Below are positions 25,601 through 37,752 of a stretch of DNA of 64,000 bases, in pieces (the stretch's first letter is position 1; every line of letters starts with the position of its first letter). Source of the stretch: Veleropilina oligotropha. Lineage: Eukaryota. The notes beneath the pieces are model-generated. The model saw only the letters and a program-made list of their open reading frames with translations, had not been told where the DNA came from and did no database searches. The stretch is taken from the NCBI GenBank assembly GCA_048128005.1, contig JBEUKZ010000064.1, positions 124,001 through 188,000 on the forward strand. Reading direction: 5' to 3'. A program made the position numbers and the translations under genes.

Positions 25601-28600
25601 GATGCCTTCGAGAGCTGTGCCCGACGAGCTCTGCGGCTGTCGTCTGTTCAGGACTCGTTCCTGGACGGTGCGATAGCCGTTCTACAGGAGGACCGACCCG
25701 GCGCTCGCGAGACCGCCCTGTCCTTCCTCCACGAGGTTGCTGCCGCAACGGAGAACAACGCGTTGGAGTCCGCGCGTGTCTTGGGCAATGCGCTCCTACT
25801 TCGTAGGGACGCCTGCCTCGAGGGTACATCGTTAGATGACGCCACCCGGCGTTCTCTGCGATGTGTGCCCTTGTCGGCCCCGACTCTCTTCGGAGGCGAG
25901 TTCACCGAATTCGTCGACAAGAGAGCCGTTGAGCTGAAAGATCGTGCGATTGAGCGCGCAGTATTGACTACCCCTCGGGGTACTCAACCTGCCCCCTCAA
26001 GGAAGCGTTCGGCCCCGACTCGGGGCGCGAAAGCTTCCAAGCGTGCCAGACCTTCTCGGGGTGGGCCTCCGGCCCGGAAATCCAGCGAGAAAAAAGGCCC
26101 TCCAACTAAATCCCGTCAGAGCGGGAGAGGGAAGCCGTCACGGCCCTAGGGTTGCCGGCACTCGCGACGTGCTCAGCTGCGCGCTCCCGCCGGTGGGAGC
26201 GTGCCTGTTAGGCTACAGCCAGACGTGGCTAGAGTTAACAGACAGCAGCTGGGTCCACTCAGTCGTGAGTGCTGGATACAAGTTGAGTTTCAACCGGCAT
26301 CCAACCCTATCCGTGACACCACCACCAAGACACGCTCGCCTCCTTCAGGGAGAGAAGCAAGCGGTCTTAGACCAGGCAGTGCGGGACTTACTCTTAAAAA
26401 GAGCCATCTATCCCGCGCCGCCCAGCACACCAGGATTTTACAGCCATTTCTTCCTGGTCCCGAAACCCGATGGCCGCTGGAGACCGATCCTCGATCTCTC
26501 GCACCTCAACCGCTATTTGCGTACCGAGAAGTTCCAGCAAGAAACACTCTCGAAGATACGAGCGGCCATCCGTCCGGGCGACTGGGCAGCGTCTATCGAC
26601 CTGACAGATGCGTACTTACACGTTCCGATGCATGCCTCGGCTCATCAGTACCTCAGGTTTATACACGGGGGGACGATCTACCAATTCAGGTGCCTACCGT
26701 TCGGTCTATCGTCAGCCCCCTACGTCTTCACGCGGGTAGTACAGGCCCTCGGGGCCTTCCTACACTCGCTAGGGCACAGAGTACACATGTACCTCGACGA
26801 CTGGTTGATTCTCGGGGCGTCCCGGGATCAGTGCCTCCAGTCTATGAGCGTTACCCTGTCATCGGCGAAGCGCCTAGGATTACAGATCAACAACGAGAAA
26901 TCCTGCTTCGTGCCCTCGACGACGTTTACGTTCCTCGGAGTCGTCTTCGACACGGTCCGGTACACCGCGAAGCCGACCGACAAACGTATTGTGAACCTAC
27001 GCGCAGTTATCCAGGACACAAGGTCATCGGGGATAGCCACGGCGCGACAACTGGCCACTGTCCTGGGGCACATCGAGTCGGTAGCGCCCCTGCTACCGAC
27101 AGGACGAATGGACAAACGACCGTTACAGCAGGCCTTCAGGGACCGCTGGGTGCAACGGACGGGACAGTGGACGGATCGTATAGATCTTCGGCATTGGTTC
27201 AATCACTCGACAGCAGTGTGGCTGAACCCTGCATTGCCGAGCCAGTCGGTTCCCATTTCCCCGCCAGAACCGAACGCCTTCCTATACACGGACGCTTCGA
27301 ACGAGGGCTGGGGAGGTCACCTCGACAGTCACGAGACATCGGGCCTTTGGCCGACGGACCTGCAGGGACGACACATAAACTATCTAGAACTAGAAGCGGT
27401 CTACCTGACAGTACGGTCCTTCTCGTCACATCTCCGCAACAAGCACATACTGCTCGCCACGGACAACACGACTGTCGTCGCATACGTTCAACACCAGGGC
27501 GGCACTCGCTCGCGTCCCCTATGCGACCGAGCAATCAACCTACACCGCTTAGTGATGTCCCTCAACTCGACGATACGAGCACGACACATCCCGGGAATAT
27601 TGAACGTCCGAGCGGACTCGCTCTCTCGGAAATCGCAGATTATACACACAGAGTGGACACTACACAGCCGTGTAGCTCGGGAGGTTTGCCGCCGGTGGTC
27701 TCAACCCCAAGTCGATCTGTTTGCAACAGAGTTCAATCACCGACTCCCTCTGTATGTCTCCCCGTACCCGGACCCGGCCGCCCTTGCGGTCGACGCGTTG
27801 TCAATGACATGGGAGAATCTGATCGCGTACGCCTTCCCCCCGTCGTCCATATTACGACTTGTACTACAGAAGGCAGCGCGAGACCGCTGCGAGATAACGC
27901 TAATAGCGCCCCTAAATCGCACGCAGTCTTGGTTTCCGACTCTTCTCGATCTAATCGTCGATCGACCGCTTGCGTTACCGCAAAGGCCGGACCTGCTAAT
28001 GCAACCACGCTCACGGGTGTTACACCCGTCGCCAAACGAACTTCGTTTACACGCATGGCGGTTATCGAACGATCGCTTGTTGAGAAAGGATTTTCTCGCG
28101 CTACAGCCCTCCGCATTTACCGATCGCGAAGACAATCTACATCTAAAGTCTATGACTACCGATGGGTCAAATATGTGGATTGGTGTCACAGGCGGGAAGT
28201 TAATATACTCCGTCCCCCTGTGACCAAATTTATCGAGTTCATTACGTCGTTATTCGAACGAGGACTTTCTGTTTCGGCCGTCAAAGGTTATCGGGCCTCT
28301 ATCTCGACTACACTCAAACAATGTCGTTCCCGAATTGACTTATCGTCAGACCGTACTATTTCTGATTTAATCAGGTCCTACGAACTCGAAAGACCGATTT
28401 CTCTGGCGCGGCCGCCAGCATGGAATATTATCCTTATACTTAATGCTCTGCTAGAAAGCCCGTTTGAGCCGTTACGTAATGCTTCCATACGTAACCTTAC
28501 TTACAAAACCGTATTTCTAATTGCGTTTGCGTCGGGCAAAAGGGTTTCTGAGATACACAGCTTCTCAGCAGAGCTCCGTGATATTAGATTCCAGTCTGAC

Positions 28601-31600
28601 GGATCGGTCATTTTACGTCCTATATTAGGATTTATTGCTAAAAACCAGCGGCCAGGCGATATTGCTCCAGAAGTCGTTATTCCTACGCTTTCTATTGTCG
28701 GTAGAAATGATATCGATCGACTCAACTGCCCGGTGCGCGCGCTTCGCTACTATCTGGACCGAACACGTGACTTCCGTCGTGGCAAAAAACGCTTATTTAT
28801 TTCGTATTTGCCAAATTTCACCCGCGATGTATCGAAGAATACTATCTCGAGATGGATATGTCGGACGGTTCAGCAGATTTACTCTAATTCCAACGAAGCT
28901 GACCGCAACCTTATTGCGGTCCGTGCCCATGAAACAAGAGCGATATCGACGAGCCTGGCATTCAGACATTGTCTGAATATTACCTCACTGCTACAAGCAG
29001 GGTATTGGAGAAATCCGAACGTATTTGTGAAACATTATTTACGCGATTTCTCGACTGGCGCGGATGGTTTGTCCAGTATTCAATGTGTTGCGGCGCAACA
29101 CTGCATTACCAGGACATCTAGGTTACATACACGGTGACAGGTATTGTAAACAATTAATTGTAATTATACAGTCACTCCGCATTTATGTGCAACTCTATTG
29201 TGTAGCTTGCTAACGATTAGTGTTGTTTTCTTTGTGTTGTCTGCAGTCCAATATTGCTATTTATGGACTGAGACTAAATTGTCAGATCTGAGTTCACATG
29301 ACACATGCCACTCACATTGAAAGTAGACATTTATAATGCTAAATCTTAAAAGGTTTTTTTTAGATTTTGATATTATTGAAGTTCATTTGCTGTTATGAGC
29401 TTACGGTGTTGCGACATTGAAAAATTTAATATCATTCAATCTTTAAATATTCTTTAAGTAACATGGGGACATGTTTGCATTTCGCTATTTGGTCAAGCGA
29501 ATTTATGATTAATATGGAATATAATATGTACGTGTATATATTACTTATATCTATTAATTATTGCATAACTGGTTACATTCACAACCTTTTCAGGTACTGT
29601 ATGTTTGTCGCAAGTTGACTGCATCTTTTGGTTACCGGCCTCGACGCCCAGGGTTTACTAAAAGCTGCTTCGGTCCATGACATCTAAGTCCTACAGGATT
29701 TATCCTCCGGCCTTGCCTGGGGCTGATTGCACTTTCGCGTCACCTTGTCCGACTAACACCTCTGGCGTTTTTTCCCAGGTTCATTGGTCAAAATTCTGTC
29801 GGGGTAAGGGTAGAATTGTAATACTCAGTAATTCCATCCTGAGCGGACGCGAGTCGGCGATACTAGCTGTCTCCATGGTGACAAGTAAGTAACTTGTTTG
29901 GGTATTAATTTCGTTAGAACTTAGCCCACCGTCCAAAGTTATTCTGGCATAGGTAATGACGTAGAGTATATTGCTACTAATAAGAGGTTTTTAGGTAAAC
30001 CTAGTATTAGTTAGAATATACTTACGTCATTACACGTCTACCCACCCTGCTCGTGGTATTCGCATCCAACCCCTCTTGCTAAGTTCCTCTACGCACACTG
30101 CAGATTCCTCTGACTTAAAAAGGATACCAGATCTGTCTTGGTCTCTGAGGTCTCGCGAGACTTGGGCAGATCTCGTGGGAGGAACGCGAGAGAGGTGAGC
30201 AGGGGGGGTAAGCGTGTAAGTTTAAATGAAAGTGAAACGCTTTTTCACAGTTTCCGGTTTAGCGATAATAGGGCTATTATGGCATAGGTAATGACGTAAG
30301 TATATTCTAACTAATACTAGGTTTACCTAAAAACCTCTTTTTTTATCAATGTTCTATATTTTTGTTTTTAGATCACGTAACTTATCGAATTTAACACACA
30401 AATACAAATTGCATTTTATTTAACGGGATATGTCTATATTGAAATTCCCATTTCCAGAGTTTAAACCAACTAATTTCCTTCTAGGAGCATGTTCAAGACT
30501 GACCCCAACCTGATGCAGCGATACCCGTTTCATAAGGACGAGTGGAACAAGATCTCGTATGCTGACTACCAGGGTACCTACCCCGACCAGCCACCCAACA
30601 CCTGGTTCATCGTCTTCAGGTAAGGAACCGACATCATTTGCGGAGAAATGTTATCACAATTGCGAAGTCTTAAATGCAAACACATGTCAATGATTATAAT
30701 GTGCTTTGTACTGATATCTGAATTATTGCAATAATGGTTATGGTAAAGATCTACGTGCCCACTTAAATTTGCAAGGCAACAAAGTCACACACATGCTTAT
30801 TCCTTTACACAACAGACATTATGACAACCTGGGTTGAGCCACGAACCTTTGCATCCAAATGTGATTGTAGCAACGAGATTATAAAAGTCCGTCAAATCGA
30901 AAGATTCTATTTATTGCACATCAGAAGACATCGAAGACATCAAAGACATCGAAGACATCAAAGCCAAATCATACCAATCCATGCCAAACCCTGCCAATAA
31001 AGTATAGAGTATTGTATTAGCAAACAGTCAAATACATGTACGACAGAAGATGTTAACAATAAGTTAATGGCAGTTACTTCATAAAGACTCCTCATCATGC
31101 TTACATGTGTGCAAAGCAATATATATTACTATAATATAGCATATAGAATCCTCGACAGGTTTTCTTGGAACAACATGACAAAATATAGAAACAATAAAAT
31201 TGAGTTCAATTATAATCATAATTCAGATATTATGTCGGCATGTGGTTATAACATGAAATTCATATGGAATGAGTGATTGTAATCTACAATATATTTCCAC
31301 AAGATAGTATATAGCAACAGTAGGTGATAATTCTAATATTACTTTGAAATTTGGTCATAAAAGCAAATAATATGAATCGAGTGATTGCAATGCAGCATTT
31401 GTTGAAGTGATTGCGATTCGACATTAATGCAATATAATATACTAAAATAGTGTGACAATTCACATATATTGGAATATGGTTATAACAGAAAATTATATGG
31501 AGCAACAAGTGATTGCAATCCCAAATTGGTTTATACAATAAAATATTCAGTTCTAGTATGTGACATTTATGCACTCCGAGCGATGCCTCAATCGCGTCAT

Positions 31601-34600
31601 GGTGGTCATGCAGATAACATGAGTCACGATCATAATATACAAACTCAAAACAATTACACGACACAATGTGCAAGCATCATTATCTCCCAGGACCGCACCA
31701 GAGATCGACCTCTTCCCTAGGACTACATCCGTGCTCAACCTGACAATTAACAACAACAATCTTCTAGAATCGAGCAGCGTTGCTTTAAACTAAAATCATC
31801 ACAATCTTAATAGTATATTCCTCAAGAATCAAGCCATAACTATACTAAAACAATATCATAATACAATAGGAAATGTCAGTGATCTCACTACATTAATTTG
31901 GGTTGTTTGGAATATGACATCGTATGAAAGTGGACATATGATAAACATAATTTATGTACAGTAGACTCAAATTTACAGTCTCTTAAACCAAGCCTTGCAA
32001 GACGGTATTATTTCCTCTGGCAAGTACTTCAACATAGCTAAGTACTTTTACATTGGTGTTCTCTTCCAACAAGTCTGTAAGAGTTATTTCCCCTGGCAAG
32101 TAATTCAGCATAACGCAAGCTAGCTATGAGTATTACACCACTCATTGTTTACTCGTACAAAACTGTCAATCATTACTGCCATTTAACTATGACCTGGGAC
32201 TACTATAAGATGGACTGGAAGCTCTGGCCAATTAGCCAACTCGCCATCAATAATGTGGTACTCGCTATTGTTCTCGTGTTTACCGCACTGCGCATGTGTG
32301 TAGTGGGCTTTGGCTTTGTGACTAGACTATTTTCGAATCGAAATGGCGTCGATGAGAAAGATTTCGAATGGAAAATAGTACATTTTGCAACCTCTTCTCC
32401 TCGTCAGCTGCTACATTTTACTTTTGAATATCTTGCCCATCATTTTATTTATATCCTATTGCTTCGACTCTTCTATTGTGAAGTGAAATTTGACGAAGAT
32501 TTATGTCGTATAATTTCATTTTAAAATGACGATATTTCCTGAATATGTTCAGCGTTAATATTTTCACAGTGCAAAGTACTCGATTTTGCAATTTCTTCTC
32601 CTCGCCAGCTGTTACATTATACTTTTTGATATTTGCACCATATTTTTATTTGCATTCAATTGCTTGAACTCATCTATTGCGTAGTGAAATATAACGAAGA
32701 TTTATAGCACATATTTGAATTTTAAAACGACCAATTTTCTTAAATATGTCAAGCGTTGATATTCATTTTGTGATGGACTATCTTCTTTATTTGTTGCATT
32801 TTATTTCGGAATATTTTCACCTTTTTTCTAATTTACACTCGATTACATCGACACAGCTATTGTACAGGGAAATAAACCGAAGATTTAATTAAATTATTTA
32901 CGTCTTAAAATATCTTATCAAAGGTGTCTAACTGGTAACATGGTCCGTTTCAATAATACTTCATTATAGTGCCAACTTCAAGTTGTCCCCATTGTTATTG
33001 AGCAGACAAATTACTGACTGCTTGTACATTATAACAACATGTAAAGCAAAACATAGAATGAAATGCAATTAGTGGCTACCTGTATAGTCTCTATTGAATA
33101 TAAACGTTTGTTTTGATAACCATTAGAAAAGTAGTTGGGGCCATTTATATGGATCTGATTCAGTAATAAAGATAAATTCATTAGAACTTATTTATATTTT
33201 AATTGCCCAATCAATTTATTTAACGATTAACATAGATCGCTTTCAATAATTGGTTGAATTGAATTTTATTTATTATAAATAATTATGCAATATATTTAGT
33301 TTGAATACCGTACAAATTAAAATAATTAAAAAAATAAAATCGTTATCATATGTTGTGTTAATCGAATTTCGTGTTTAATAGGTATTTTGTGAATTCAAAC
33401 TGTTATAATTTACCGCATTGGTCCTAATTGGGGATAAAATAGTTTTGTCAGAAAGCCAAAGCCCAATACGCACATGCGCAGTGCGGTAAACACGAGAACA
33501 ATAGCGAGTACCACATTATTGACGGCGATTCGGCTAATTGGCCAGAGCTTCCAGTCCCTCTTATAGTGGTCCCAGCTATGACTTACAACAACAACTTACA
33601 GCCATTAGAATTAACAGTAGACTACGAACTTGTATCATGAATGTTGCTAATAACGGCATTTCATTACAATACAGCACATGCCGTGTATGTGTGCTGATAC
33701 TATCACAAACAATACCATTATTACTTCGACAATCAATTCACATCAGCTATGTAATTTACACTAACTAATAACATATATTTAAAACATATTTACCAATTAT
33801 AGCTTCTTGTTTACATAATTCAGGAGTTGACAACACCAGATTTTTTAGACGGCCGCTGCAGATAGACGTGCGCCAGTCGTGCGGTTTTTCTGCAGAGAGA
33901 TACCACATGGCGAAACTGGAATAATCTGGTTTGCTAGCGATGTTCCCGACGGAAGCCGAGGCTAGCAGTGACCAGCATAGCGAGGGTCTCTGTGGGATAT
34001 TGCACAAAAAGCATACCGATATCGCCCGTTACACAGTTCAATGCTCTTTCAGTGAAGGAAACCATGCGATCACAACTTGATATTTACTTTTTATATATGC
34101 TGGTCAATTCTCATAGTGTCAGTGATACACATTTGCGTGTTTCAGGGAGATGGTTTTACTCATCAGTGATGTTCATTTGCAGGTTTCAGATAGGTGTTTT
34201 ATTCATCAGTGATATTTATTGCGTATTTCAGTGATATTCATTTGCGTGTTTCAGGGACTTGTTTTTACTCATCAGTTATATTCATTTGCATGTTTCAGTG
34301 ATATTCATTTGCGTGTTTCAGTGATATTCATGAGCGTGTTTCAGTGATAATCCTTTGCATGTTTCAGGGAGGTGTTCTTCGTGACGGAGGAGATGTTGGT
34401 GGTCCCCAAGCTGTACGTGCCGATCAACACCTGCCTGCTGCGGGTCATCAACAACGACACGGGCGAGGAGATGCCCCGCGTCTTCCAGCGGGTGGCGCCA
34501 TACGTCTACAAACGCAATAAGGTGAAGGAAGCAGCTTGTTTTAAATCACTTAACATGTTTAATTTATTTTGGTATTTTTTTGGTGGGTTGCTATGACAGT

Positions 34601-37600
34601 CTAAAGTAGTATATTGTCTACTAACCGTTAAACGAAAGGTCCTGGGTTCAAACCCCGCGAGTGCCGGGGATTTTTTTATGATCGCTGCCTCCATTGCACA
34701 CAGTACCACTTCATTTCATCGTTCAAAGTTGATTGTCTCGATTTATAATTGAAATACTAAATTATGTTCATTTGAGAATTAAACTTTAATCCTAAGGTGA
34801 CATTTTTCTCTCCAGCGAGGTTACACCTTTGTTGCAGAGGCCCGTACCACGGATCTCGCGTCTCCGAGCGGCAAATGGCGGATGCGTCTGATTGGCTCCC
34901 TGAGTCCTCTGCCCGCCCCCACCAAGAACGAGGTCAACAGTACTTTCAGTGTGCGCGAGATCCGGGATTACTATATCCCGAACAATAAGAATATCATTTT
35001 CAGGTACATAATCTGTTATTATATTCTATAGCCATTAGCATTATGAATAAATCTATTATCTCAAATCTGTTGATAAGATACTATCTGTTTGATAATGTGA
35101 ACAAGTTTTGTATGAATATGGTACAATAAATTTAATGCATTTTATGGACACTATATAACTGTAGATTATTGAGTGTGGATTTAATTCAGTAGTATTAGTT
35201 ATAATGGAATTAGGCCTGTATGTGAGGTTGATTTCGCACTGCACTTTGTACTTCCATGTACACTGTGATGGTACATGTTAGACCTCTGTATGATATTAAT
35301 TTCTCAATTTCCTTTGCATGCCCAGGTACACAGTGAAGGTGCATGAGGAGCACCTAACCAGCATCCAGGTGGGAACCTCCAAGCCGGACGTCTACATCAA
35401 ACTGGCCATCCTCGACAACGAGGAGGAAGTGCTGAGCACTGTGGGTAAAGGTCACGCCGTGGTCCCCTCCATGATCTTCCTGAAGGACATCAACTCTGAT
35501 GAGGACAGCAAGCGGGCCAGTTCCAGGGCATGTAAGGCTGCATGAGTTCTAAGCCAAGTTTCTCTGCTCATTTCATCGAGTATGACTGGCAGGAAGATTA
35601 CATCAACTATTATAGTTTGTTGTCCTCGGATGGATTTTACGTTTGGCTTTAACGACGAATATGCTTTTTATTGAAGTGAATTATTGCAAGAATAGGAATC
35701 TATATGAATGATATTTTCATAACTATATAATTGCTAGATTTAAAAAATATTTATTGGTCAATTAAAATAATAGGATCAGGCAAGAGTCTGTTTAACACAT
35801 TATGGTACCTTTTCTTAAAATAACTTTCTAAATGATAATATTGAAAGTGAGAGGATCAATGCATTTTATTTATTTGGTAATAAAATGATAATGTCGTAGT
35901 GGCATCAATCGTGTAGTTGTAATAGCCAGCAACATGAATATAATATACAGAGATGCTATTGGGCATGTTGTAATATTCATGTGATGTTTGCATGCAGCAC
36001 ACTCCGATCAGTGGGATAAAATCATATTGATTTGCTTCGAATCATTTACAAAAAATGTTACACGCAAATTGCGTTATAAACTTATAATGTCGTTTGAACT
36101 TTTAATTGTTCTTGAAATTGAATGGAATTAATCTAATTTTGTGATTTGTACAATTTTATGTCCATTACATTACAGCCAATCGGGGTAAAGTGGCCGGCAG
36201 TATTCAGAACGTCAAAGGGAAGCGATCCAACTCTGCCAGGAGTGCAGATGGGAGAACTTCTGTAAGTAGTGGGCGGAGATAACAGTAACTAAAACTTGTG
36301 CTCTGCTTAATTTAGCTCATGATAATGCATCTGTAACTGGGTTAAATGTTCCTACATTTATTAATTTTTTCCGACAAAAGGTACTGTCACCGTACATATT
36401 TTATTTGTTTGCATGCTTACCAGTATGTTATCATTCACGGTTTCCCTTTGTAGAGAGGTAGTCAGCATGTTACCATTCATGATTTCCCTTTGTAGAGAGG
36501 CAGTCAGTATTTGATCATTCCTGTTTTCTTTTTGTAGAGAGGCAGTCATCAATCTGAAGCCGGCTACAGCGATGACCTGGAAGACAATCAGAGAGTGAGC
36601 ATATTATTCAATTCAACTTAAAAACGTTATTTCCACCATACAGCATCTTGTAAACAAGTTAACCGACTCGATTTGTTACTAAAATGGTTGATGTGGTCAT
36701 TGAACATCATTTTTTCATTCGTCTATTTATCAACATTATTGATAATAACATAAGGGTAATACTACACAATATATAATTATTGTCTAGCGTTATAATAATA
36801 AAACCAAGTGAGATGTCGATCTGAAAGTATGTATCACTCCAGGTGAATGAGTAAACAGATCACCTGAATCCGCAGGACGAAGGTGATCAGTTGACTCATT
36901 CAATGAGAGTGATACATACTTTCAGATCGGCATTGAACTTGGTTTTATTTTTATCAATGTTTCTGTTATCTCGAATTTACCTGACTTTAAAATTAATAAA
37001 ATAACAATGTCATTTGTCCACAAACTTATTTCTTAATCTACGGCGTATAAATTTGACGCCGTCACATGATAACTATCGATTGTGTTGCCCTAGATAATAG
37101 ACTTAGTTCTCAAGTTCTTATTTATCGAATACGAACCATTCAACTAACCGTTCGTTGTTTCGAATAATTTGCCACGGAATTCTACGTGTTTTTACTTTTG
37201 TGTTTGTTAATAGTCAATAATTAACATTAAATTGTAAATCAGAACTAGCGAAATAGCATTAATAAATGTTAAAACCTGCTGTTTTTAAATGCTGCTGGTA
37301 CGAAACTGTTTGTGTACACAGTGACCGCACCGGATATGGCGAACAGACAATAAATTTTACAAGTGAAAAATATTTGTTTACTTTCAACTTGTTTCAAGAC
37401 CTAGGCCTACAGTAAAATGTAAATATAATTTCTACCCTGCAATATGTGAAACTATACACTTAATACACATTGTATGAGGTAAAATAAATTAATAGGTATA
37501 CTGGCCGGCAATGCGATGGTTGTCAAATCGTCATCAAATGTTTTGCAAATGCATGTGTCAATCGAACCCATGGCACATTATACGTTACATAATATTTTAG

Positions 37601-37711
37601 TTGGTAATAAAATAATATTATTTAGATGCAGCGTTTTAATGATTATGTATACCAATTTTGGTGAAAATTGAGCCAGTAGCTTTCAAAATAATCGACGGAT
37701 ATATATATAAG

Positions 37712-37752
<41 letters not shown>

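Larger units (their letters stand above)
22513..30338 (+). mobile_element. Near-full-length DIRS1-type tyrosine-recombinase retrotransposon in an ADGB intron (same orientation as ADGB)
   Basis: Inverted terminal repeats, right-end extension, internal complementary region, gag / RT-RNaseH-MT / YR ORFs, no target-site duplication. Confidence 0.96.

Noticed and set aside
24255..28725. Multiple antisense ORFs within the DIRS element
   Set aside because: Short and expected in GC-rich, dual-coding sequence; no recognisable motifs
30866..34028. Possible solo or remnant LTR (TGTAGC...GTTACA) around the 7-bp-TSD transposon
   Set aside because: No TSD or second copy found; cannot be supported
34595..34672. 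tRNA-like sequence with GGTTCAAACCC box B
   Set aside because: No complete cloverleaf or acceptor stem; more likely a decayed SINE head than a tRNA gene
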